64,000 nucleotides of DNA from Pseudovirgaria hyperparasitica (Eukaryota). The translations under genes were made by a program, and so were the position numbers. Shown piece by piece: positions 1 through 11,131 of the stretch. The notes under the pieces were generated by a model. That model ran no database searches. It was not told the origin of the DNA and saw only the letters and a list, made by a program, of their open reading frames with translations. Numbering within the stretch: position 1 is the stretch's first letter; each line of letters starts with the position of its first letter. The stretch is taken from assembly GCA_010093815.1 (NCBI GenBank), contig ML996570.1. One strand, given 5' to 3'.

Positions 1-53
1 TACATTAGTTTGCGGAATCTATGCTTTTCCAACAGCTTGAAGTAGTACTCATC

Positions 54-1052
<999 letters not shown>

Positions 1053-2536
1053 GACAGCTGACCTGGTAGCGTTCAGGTGACAATGAGTATCTCCTTTGTT
1101 TGAAGGCTACCTGGTAATTATAGCTGCAGCTGCGCCTATAAAGCTTGGGGTTTACGATGGGCAAGGGTATTACTCGATACTAACTTCTTTTGTTCTACGC
1201 GACTGCTGAGTAATTATTAAGCGAAGCAGACTTCAATCGGTTCTCCTAGCTAAAGTCACACTTCTTTAGCAACCTCGCAATCACTCGCGAACAATGATGT
1301 CAATGGCTCTGACCATATTTTGCGACCATGCATACCTGCTCAATACCCACTCAAACCTAGTTCTTGTAACCTGACTACCATATATAGGTCAGCGACGTGG
1401 ACATTCCCGTACATACTCGATTTCTACCGTACGCAAACGTCAAGCTACATGCAGGAGCGAGATACGAGGTCGACATATAAGAGCATGGAGATCAGAAAGT
1501 AGTAAATGGTATCGTGTCGCACTTTACGAGCTTGGCTGCACGTTGGTCCACAAGCACGCCGAGCCTGCGCTCACCGCGCTCGTAGCCCAATATCCGGTTA
1601 CGAGACTTGCATTCGTCCAATGGTGCAAGTTATGGCTGTGTTATCGGCATCATGTCTGCTTGCTTGCTTGCGGTGGTGGAGTGGTTTTGCTGTCAAATAA
1701 CCCTGTTAAAAGACGCTTAACCGGTCAGAAATTCTTGAACGTTGTGAAACTTTCCGAGAAATATTCTGGTGATACGCTCCCGCCTATTTAAGCTACTTGG
1801 GGGTGGATCATAACTAGGGTGGGTGAACATAAGCGATGTACGCTATGACCATCCCCCGGCGTTCGCAATTCTGGCGTCATACGGTGGACGTTTGGATCCA
1901 TTTCCTTCGGGATCTGAAGAAAACCAAGGGGATCGAATCGGCCATTCGCGGCTTTAATATGAATCTCTCCTGAGTTTACGACCCAGCACTGCTACGGCAC
2001 TGCTGGGGGGCTTTTGCTGCTTGCTGCGCCGACTCGAGAAGAGGATTTGGACGGTATGGCAGCTGTTCGAGAGAGTCGGCGTTCGACTTTTTGCGGTTAC
2101 AACTCTGTTCGAAAATGAACGTGTGATCTAGCTGCCTTGTGCTTTTGCCTACGCTCGTCTCTAGCTTCTGTGGTTTGAGCAATATGACTGCTTCTGCATA
2201 ATATGTAAGATATGTCACAACCATTTACTTTGCATTGCCATTGCCATGATGCCATCAGCTGAATAGAATGAGGTGGTTGGTAACCAACCCCCAGAAATGT
2301 ACACGCGAAAGTGCGCTATATGTAAAATCTATTCACGGGCGGGGTCGTGCTTTCTACTTGTGTGCTATTGACACTCTTCTCAATAGCTTTTCCCCAGTTT
2401 CAGCTGAGTCTCGAACAGCTCAATTCTGGTACAGCGCTATTTAATCTCTCCTACAGGGTCTACTTGCACACCCATCCTCCACCACAAATACCGAATCTCC
2501 TAAGCAGTCGAATTTGCCTCCTAGTAGCATTTCATC

Positions 2537-3685
2537 ATGCCTCCCCCCAAAATTGCCTCTAACCAAGCGGAAGCCCGCAAAACAAAAACTGAGTGTGTCA
2601 TCTTACCGCGTCGGAACAACAAACCACCACTACTGACCGTACCAAGCAAGCCACGCAAGCAAGTTGGATTCTCCGACCTACCTGGAGAAGTGCGGAACCA
2701 GATTTATGGCTATTACTTTCAGAAGCGTTCTCGTGTCGAGCTACACACGGTTCCAAAACGCACAACACGAAAGAACCCGCTCCCTCGCAAGTCCAATCAA
2801 ACGTTCATCTTCGTGAGCCCGACGGCGGACTCAAGGAAAGTGGTCTATTCACCGAAGAAGCCATCAGCACAATCAACAGTACACATCACTCGTCCGCTCT
2901 TCAAAAGCTGTCACAAGATCAGAAGCCAGTATCACGATACAAAATGGTCCAGCTCAATCGGTGCGCTGTTCCTTGTCAGCCGTCAGCTCTACGAAGAGAC
3001 TATACATTTCCACTACGTTAACACCACCTTCGTATTCGACACCAGCAAGCGTCTCCGGTCTTTTCTGACTCACGTCTCTACCGAGCGTCTCTCCGCCATC
3101 CGGAATATCGAGGTCAAGCACATATCCTACGGCGAGCCTCAACATCCCCGCGATTGCGTATACAAGAATAAACACGACGAGAAATGGGAGGTTCTCTGCG
3201 CTGACACTGCCCGGCTTATGCCCAGTCTGCGCTCCTTGGTCGTGTCCTGGCACGTTGTCGAATGCCCCATGCGCTTCGAGGTGACGGAAGAATGGCTCAA
3301 GCCGCTCTGGGCATTCAACGTGCTTAATAAGTCTACAACCCCGTCAGAACTTCGTCACCTGAAGCGAAGTCATGATATCGTCCAAGATACCAAAATTCTG
3401 CAGTCAGCCGTACGCGAATCACCGTTCAAGATGCGGGTGCGGTTTTCAACATTCGCAGATGCAGCGCATCGGTATCAGCTGAAGAAGTATCAGATTGACC
3501 CGCGGCTCACAGCGGCGTATGATGCTCTGAAAGGAAGGTTCGAACAGGCAATCGGATACGTGGTTGCTGGATGGACTATGAAGGACGCTATCTGGGTGTA
3601 CAAGGAAGTGTATCGCCAGCGGCACATCATGTGGGTCGCAAACTTGAACTTGAATGAGCCATTGGCGATCTTCATAGAGGATTGA
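2537..3685 (+). CDS. Fungal hypothetical protein, 382 aa, with F-box-like N-terminal motif
   Basis: Long uninterrupted ORF; GFSDLPGEVRNQIYGYYF and LFLVSRQLYEETIHFHY resemble the widespread fungal F-box-like/DUF7730-type family. Confidence 0.75.
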   Translation: MPPPKIASNQAEARKTKTECVILPRRNNKPPLLTVPSKPRKQVGFSDLPGEVRNQIYGYYFQKRSRVELHTVPKRTTRKNPLPRKSNQTFIFVSPTADSRKVVYSPKKPSAQSTVHITRPLFKSCHKIRSQYHDTKWSSSIGALFLVSRQLYEETIHFHYVNTTFVFDTSKRLRSFLTHVSTERLSAIRNIEVKHISYGEPQHPRDCVYKNKHDEKWEVLCADTARLMPSLRSLVVSWHVVECPMRFEVTEEWLKPLWAFNVLNKSTTPSELRHLKRSHDIVQDTKILQSAVRESPFKMRVRFSTFADAAHRYQLKKYQIDPRLTAAYDALKGRFEQAIGYVVAGWTMKDAIWVYKEVYRQRHIMWVANLNLNEPLAIFIED

Positions 3686-3960
3686 GGGTGTGCTTGGTTT
3701 TGCTGTGATTCTTACAAGAGGAGGTTTGTCTCGGTTGTTACACGGAAGTACACATCAACAAAGAGACACAATCGCAACGAGAAGTGATTTGAGTATAGGG
3801 ATAGCGAAGCTCCACGATGAATCTGAAAGTTATAGTAGCTCCATACGATTGACCGAGAAGAGTCTTTTCGAAGCTTCGAATTAAATAGGCTTGCTATGAT
3901 CTCTATTCATTTTCCATCGCGCGCCGATATGCTTCAACTACAGCAGTACAGAGTACACGC

Positions 3961-5001
3961 TCAAGTCTCCATCTTCTCCTCGTCTTCATCATCGTCACCC
4001 TCAATCGCCTTCTTAGCCAACTTCTCTGCCTCCTCCCTCAGATCTTTCGGCACCTCCTCAAATCTTCCCTTGGTCGGTCCAGCCAACGAGCTCACCCAGC
4101 ACATTTCCAGCTCAAACTCTTTATCTTTGCTGTCCTCGTGCGCCACGTAGATGATTCTCGCCGCTTCCTTGATCCCCTGCTCCAGACTCAGCTCTCCTGC
4201 CGCTAGATCAAGCTTCTCCAGCTCGCTCTTCGCACTCTGCCGTCCCTTGCCCGTCGCCGCACCGTAGTATGCCCAATACATCCCGCTCGGCTCAATCATA
4301 TACAGATATGGTCCACCCTTCTTCTTAATGTCCTGCTTGCCACCCGCACCTATACTTGGGCCTGAGCCAACTTGTCCGTCGACACCAACCTCTGCCTCAC
4401 TGTCCCAGCCGGCAATGATGGACGTCACGCCGAATGGTCGTACAGACGAGAACAGTGTGTACGCTTGTGTGTATTGGCCCATGCGGTCAGCGAGCGCAGA
4501 GACCGGAATGGGCGCTTTGTACATTTGGCGCCAAGAGGCAGCTTCTTCCCGAGAGCGTGAGACAAAGTGGCGTGCATCGGGCAGAAGGCCAGAGGAGACC
4601 TGAGTGACGATGTGTTAGTGGTTGATGTTTCGTATCTCTTACAGGATGGGCAACGTACGACTCCCATGTTGCGGTCGATGGTCGATATCCGCTTGTTGGC
4701 GTTGGGCTTGAGCAACTTGCTGGTGACGAGCTTTTCGAGCGCAAGCACGACGCCATCCTTGCATCTTATACCGATTGCAGTGCCACCGTTCTCAACAGCC
4801 TTAACAGCGTATTCAACCTAGTGTACTGTGTAAGTATAGATGTTGGAGCTTCATGGAAGCTAGAGTGAGGGAGATTGTACTTGGAAGTTGCGGCCATCAG
4901 GCGAGAAAACGGAGTTTGTCAGGTCATAGCCCGTTCCTATGGACGTCTTTGGAAGGGTTTAGCCTCTGAGGAAAAGATCGTTAGGTTGGAAGTGTTACCA
5001 T
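3961..5001 (-). CDS. PRE10: 20S proteasome subunit alpha-7; 4 exons, the first coding exon is the ATG alone
   Basis: Spliced [60 protein letters not shown], acidic tail; introns 4947-4998, 4818-4880 and ~4600-4658. Confidence 0.96.
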
Positions 5002-6288
5002 GTTGGCTGAGCAATGGAGGTGACGGAGGTAAGGCTTCTATTGTGGTTGACAGCCGAGATCGTCGGATAAAGAGTTGGGTGATCGAGATGGGACCTTCTA
5101 CAGAGGTTGAGAAGTTCAAATTGGTATTGTTGAGTCGAGAGTGGTGGATTATCGCCTTGAGCGTCGATGTCGAGCTTGGAGCTGGATCTCTAGGCGTTGA
5201 TGAATTCGCGTCGTCGGAGAGCTATCGCGTTAGACCGGTTTAGGAGGAGGTAGCTTTACTCACGTGATATCTCCAGGATCTTATCTAATCGGACACAGCT
5301 GTCCTACAAATGCATGGATGGTTCTGCATGGAACCGCCAGTCGTGCTTTGTCTGGTGTCTCGCAGAATGCAGAATATCATAAGTAACCTCGTGGCAGTGC
5401 GTAGATAATATACTGCTTCACTTAGTGAAGCATACAACCACCAATCTCATTTCTCCAGAATATACTGCGACTTTTCAAAAGCATTGCACGCGCTGCACGT
5501 CCTTCACCTTCGAATGCTCGTGCCAAACTCCACAATGTCTTGTCTGGATGGCCTCCACGCCGTGAGCTGGCGATACCCTCTTGCGTGCGTGATAGTGGAC
5601 ATCTATTGGCAAGCACTGAGTGCTAGTGGAGCAGCGTCTGTTTCACGTCCATTCACGTTGGGCCACGCTGGGCCACCCTGAGCCTCGCTGGGCTTTGGAA
5701 GGCTCCACCCCTTTTGGGCGTCGGCGTCTCATGACCGCATCAACTCTGACTGGTACATCATACCTCCTTGGCTTGGTACTTAACCTCTTGCACCCCCAAC
5801 CGCACAACCTCAACACTCCGCGTCTTGCTTCCAATTTACGGTGTTGGAACTGTACGTCTGTGTTTGAAGGCTATCCTACCGGTTGCGACATCTTGTAAAG
5901 TCCCTCATCTGCCAGAAGCGGGGCAAATCACGCCGTCTTGCACACCGCTCGTATCTTATAGATCAGCGTCTACTTGCACCACGATTCGTGGCGCGGTGGA
6001 AAAATTCCTACCAAACACCAAACGATTGAATACTCACTCGATTAATCCATAGTTTCAGCCACCACGGGCGTCCACAGTCGTCTGTTCAGGATATATGCAG
6101 CCAGTTCTAACGCACTTCTGCATGTCTTGCAACTATCACACTCCAGTAGCCTACACAGCAGCAGTTTTCTCACAGCTCCAGACTTGCAATCACGTAAGCC
6201 TAGTTTCGCAACTTATGATAGTCACTAATTCTCATCTCAGTGCGGTGCCCAAGCCAGTGGCCTAGTGAATCCCCCAACCGCAACCACC

Positions 6289-7167
6289 ATGCAAGACACA
6301 ATGCAGCAGGATGAGCTAGCAAATCTCTTTTCACGAAATCTCAGCCTCCAGCACCAGGCTCATGAGCCTCAAGTAGAGCAGCAGGAGTCTAAACCCGTTT
6401 CTTCGCAGGCGGTTCCTCTTGAGCCCCAACCCATTACGTACATTTCCCAGCATTACACTCATTCCGCTCATGTTATTCCCAAGGCGCATTCCGAGCCTTC
6501 ATCTATACATGTAGATAGCTCAGAGCTGGTAGCAATTCTCCTCAGGAATAGCATTGATCCTACTGCCCTGTCTCCTTCTCAAATCAATCTTTTCCAGAAC
6601 GCGGACGACGGACAAAAGCTGCGGCTTTTAGAACTATGGCGTATATCCCCTCCAAGCTACAACAAGAGTCAAGAACTGGGAGTGCCAGCGGACACGACAC
6701 TCCAGCAAGAAGAGCATTTGGCCAGGCAAAGATATGAGGATACTGAACTTGTTAAGCAAAGGAAAGCCAATGAACAATCGATGTGGTCTGAGAACGAACA
6801 AATGATGGAGGAGGACTCCGGAATAGGGATCTCACTGGCTGGTCTTGCCGCACAAAATCTTGCAGGCTCAACCTCCGCTGACCAGGGATGCCGAAGCGCA
6901 GAACCGTACATGGAATCAGGTTATGAGTATCTCGCCAAACGAGATTATGACGAGGAATCTCGCTCTCTTCGAGAGTCGAACAGGTACAATCAAGCCGTGG
7001 ATCCAGTCTACAACAAACCCACAGGTGACTGGCTTTGGGGCAAACCGGGAGTTCAGGATATGGAAAATCAATATGGTGCCTATACGGCCATGAGAGAGTA
7101 TGAGATCCAGCAACAGCGAGGTACTTACGTCGGCATCCACGGAATGGACGAGGATATGATCATGTAA
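6289..7167 (+). CDS. Conserved-looking fungal hypothetical protein (~292 aa)
   Basis: ORF from ATG 6289 in accaccATG context; 5'-UTR intron (GTAAGC..CTAAT..CAG, ~6194-6240); motifs LRLLELWRISPP and AEPYMESGYEYLAKRDY. Confidence 0.8.
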   Translation: MQDTMQQDELANLFSRNLSLQHQAHEPQVEQQESKPVSSQAVPLEPQPITYISQHYTHSAHVIPKAHSEPSSIHVDSSELVAILLRNSIDPTALSPSQINLFQNADDGQKLRLLELWRISPPSYNKSQELGVPADTTLQQEEHLARQRYEDTELVKQRKANEQSMWSENEQMMEEDSGIGISLAGLAAQNLAGSTSADQGCRSAEPYMESGYEYLAKRDYDEESRSLRESNRYNQAVDPVYNKPTGDWLWGKPGVQDMENQYGAYTAMREYEIQQQRGTYVGIHGMDEDMIM

Positions 7168-7773
7168 ATATTGATAGTCCTACGCAAGTTTGTGGGATCA
7201 GTTGGTGCACATCAATTGTTGTTTGATTTTGTTGGCATGACTATACCCAAAGATCGAGTTTTACTTGTTGGAGATCGAACACTGGTTGTTGAGGCGGACG
7301 TCGAAGCGGCGATTTGGCATTCAGGATTATTCTGAACAGGACATTGTCGAGAGTATATTCTCATGAGGATAGCCTTCTGGATATTCTATTCCATGCATAC
7401 CGCAATATTCTAAACGGTTCAATAACCTTTAAGCCTCGCGTGAATACTATCCTTTTCCATTACGCAATTTAGTTTTCTTTCCAGCAGCCGTGCATCGTAG
7501 ATATCCATAGTCATTCAAGATGTTCCACCAAGCAGATCAGTACCAATGCTACGTCAAGACGGTATCTCATATTCACTGCAACCTTCGTCGGACATCCCGG
7601 CCGAACTGCCGTCGAGTCACAATCATCGTCATCCTCCTCGAGTGATCACGATGATCCACAACATATCACCTCATTTCCGATTTCTCGTCATATCAGGGCT
7701 CCTCCTACCATTGATCCTTCTGGTCATTCACCAACTTGATATATTTCCTCTGCAAACCTTCAAGTCCAAGAGA

Positions 7774-8814
7774 ATGCCGCCTACATTAATACTGATTAGA
7801 CATGCCCAGGCATTGCATAATGTCGCGCAGGGTAAGCTGTGACACTTCCAATAATCATGCGCAACTCATGCCGTAAGCTTGGTCATTCATGATCATCACT
7901 TATTGATGGTATCTCAGATTGGTCTCTCCACGATCCGCCGCTATCGGAGCTAGGTGTGCAGCAATGCGAAGCGTTGAAAACGAGTTTACAAGGACTGCCC
8001 CTTGCGAAGGATATCGAGCTTGTTGTTGTTAGTCCGATGAGAAGGACACTACAAACGATGAAGTTGGGCTTGGGATGGAAAATTGATGAGGGTGTGCCGG
8101 TCTTGCCGGATGCAAAGTGGCAGGGTGAGTGTTTTTCTTAGTTCTTTCGTTAGTGGTCATCTGCGTCTGCTTGTCTCAATACTATGCTATCCAGACCGTT
8201 TTTCGAAAGTAGCTGGGGGCTTGGTTGAGGACCTCCAAGCTCTAAGAATGGTCGTAATGTCACGGGGCACGTCGTGGATTTTGGGCTTGAAGCCACGCGT
8301 CTACCTTTAATGGTACAGCTTTCGTTCAAACTCCACATACACTAATATGCCTCTAGAAAACTCCGACAAGCCCTGCGACACAGGCTCCCCCATCGCCACC
8401 ATACAATCCGAATACCCCGAGTACAACTACACCTCTGTCGACCCCATCTACCCCGAGAAGGTAAACCCACCAGACAACCTCTACGTCTTCACTCGAGCCG
8501 GCGTTCTCGCACGCGGCCAAGCTGCTCTTGCTGCTCTATACTCGCGCCCTGAAAAGGTCATCGCCGTAGTATCGCACTCCGCTTTCCTTCGCACCTCAGT
8601 ATCGCAGTCGCACTACATGAATGCCGACTATCGGATCTTTGAGTATACGCTGGACAGTGGGAAGAATGGTGAGTTCAAGCTGAAGCAGTGGGTGGAGACG
8701 GAGGAGAAAGGGGGTGCGCTGGGCTTGAGCCGGAAGGGGCTCCAGGAGATTAAGCCGACTGATTTTCCGAATAAGGCAAAGGGGGAGGATGTTCCTCAGT
8801 TGCCGAATGACTAG
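7774..8814 (+). CDS. Histidine phosphatase / phosphoglycerate-mutase-like protein; 3 exons (introns 7832-7917, 8125-8356); possible upstream start 7651 adds a hydrophobic leader
   Basis: LIRHAQALHN (RHxxxxHN), DPPLSELG, VSPMRRTLQT, WQE-NSDKPCDTGS, IAVVSHSAFL. Confidence 0.9.
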
Positions 8815-10049
8815 GTGCAAGGGCCGAACCTGAACTTGGCATTGAGCAATATAGGGGCTCGATGCGCTGAATGAGAGATAGACTTGCGGTTACGCGTGTT
8901 ACATAGAAGTCGATCATGGAGGACCGAGTTTATGATTCTACAGTCACAAAAGTACAATACGCAGCTATTATCTCCTCGTGCATGTAACTATGGGTAGTAC
9001 ACGCCGGTAGTCATGCGAGTCGTCATCATAAAGTTGGTGACGTAGTTTCTGATAGCGTTCTGGTATTGGCAGCAACTTTGTGCGACACAGTAGTCGATGA
9101 CTTAGACGTAGGTCAAAGTGATAAATATACGTGTAGTCGGATGTCTGCGCACGCACTGCCAAAACCGTCATGTCGACAGTACGGTTCCAGAGTAAGCACT
9201 GTCTGAGCGAAATAGGCGCAAGGACTGAAGATGTTGCTATATCCGTCGGGCTCGAATCAGCTTTTGCTATTGATACTGGCTCTACATTGCTTGTCTCACA
9301 CACACGCCCCGATCAAGAGAATCCTTTCAGTCTCTATACGTCATATTATTTGACGATCTTAGATATAGACATAATTGATGTATAAGTATGGAGTTTGAGT
9401 AGCTATGTTAAGTTCAGGAGAGTCTATCAGGAATAGAAAAGTATACCTGAGAGCACATATCTAAATCTATCAAGGGACAACTGGGCGATCCAAAGCGACG
9501 GAAAAGCAGTCAAAGCATGAGCCTGAAGATGATAACAAGAAATACATAGCTACAGGAAAATCTTTGCCAGTGAATTCTTTCGGTCTGGAAAGTGGCTCAA
9601 GGTGTTGCGTAGATACGTCAAAGCTTACTATGTGACGTTAGACACTGACAAGAGTATTGCTACTTATCAGGGACAGACATACAGTTCCATTCGATGTAAT
9701 ATACATGGCTATGGTGATAGCCAGTGACCGAGTGAGTGATTTTGAATACGAACTCAACATAGGTGCGGTAGCTCCAAAAAATACCAAACGAGCAAATGGC
9801 CTAGCCTGGTCAGATCCATCACAATGACTAAGGTGTGTGGACATTGATGTGCGTGCCCCCGAGCTTTGCTACACTAATCCCTCCTGGAAGCATTCCATAC
9901 TTACCCAGTAGGATCACAAACCGCATGAACGGGAGTTAGGACGATGAAGTTAATCGCAGATATCATCGGATATACAAGTTGGTAAAGTTCATCCGCGGTC
10001 CCTAGTTGGCAGAAGACGTCTAAAGCATGCCTCAAGGCACGTCTCAACT

Positions 10050-10243
10050 CTCAACTCATTGAATGTGCTGAGAACATACGGAGATGTCACGGATGGCGAA
10101 ATCAGAAGACCTTGTCACAAGATAATACTCCTCATCCAGACACGAACGATGACGGTAGTATCAATGATGAAGATAGCGCAGGCTTCATTGCAGTAAATGC
10201 GGCTTCGGAGGCTCTAAGCAATAAGACGATGAGGGCAGCTTGA
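10050..10243 (+). pseudogene. Frameshifted DnaJ J-domain relic
   Basis: Frame A LNSLNVLRTYGDVTDGEIRRPCHKIILL; shifted frame HPDTNDDGSINDEDSAGFIAVNAASEALSNKTMRAA*; follows J-domain helix/HPD consensus. Confidence 0.55.
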
Positions 10244-11131
10244 AGAGGGACTAGATGAAACCGAGCGAAGCTCCTGATAGGCACAAGCTACAGGAGGCAG
10301 GATTCTACTTTCTCGGATTGAAGGGAGCTATCTCGCAACAAGAGAGAATGCAAATTTGAAGCAGGTAAAGAGCGATATGATATTTGACTGCTAGAAACAG
10401 TGTGATGCTTGCATATAGTGACGTAGTGAGACGATGCACAATGGTTGACCTGATACGTTGCAGGCTGGCGCCCCACATCCTCGGTGAATAGTGGCATTGA
10501 CAAGCATTTCAATAGGTTTATTATAGACTGTTCTCAAGGGTTTTCACTGTACAGGCATTGTTGCATCGCATACAATGTGCGGGTAACTTTATGAAACACT
10601 CAATGAGTATGAACTGTCAGAGTTCGCGGCTGGAAAGATATTCGTAACAGCAGAGAGCAATTTAGTACCGTCCATGAAAATTTTATGGTCCCTGACTTTG
10701 CTCTAGCAGCTGACAGGCTTGAGATGTTCTGATGATTTTCAGTTATTACATATAGTTCTATAGCCATTTCCGCTAATTTTCCTGTATGAGATATGTTTCC
10801 AGTTGCCAGGGCGAGATGACACGTGAGTAAATAAGACTCAAGAAGCCAATGTAAATGGGAACAATGGAAAGTTGAAACTCTATTGACGAAATGATGGCCG
10901 ATTCAGCTGCCCGTAGGATGTCAATGACGTGTGTTCCGCCTGAGCAATGACCTTTGTTGCATGTACATAGTACAGGACTGCCTGCCCACAATCACGATTC
11001 CCAGCAACTCTGCACAAGTTATTCGTGAGAGATACCTCTGACATCTGCCCAGATATTATTACCAACACTTTATCAATCTTCACAATATCAAGTCCTTTCT
11101 TACCGTAATCATTGTCACCATATTTGGGAAC

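Noticed and set aside
4999..5001. ATG-only first coding exons in PRE10 and RPL11
   Set aside because: Common in highly expressed fungal genes; not unusual
9897..9910. ATACTTACCC resembling the U1 snRNA 5' end
   Set aside because: Downstream sequence lacks U1 stem-loops and an Sm site; better read as a minus-strand GTAAGT donor
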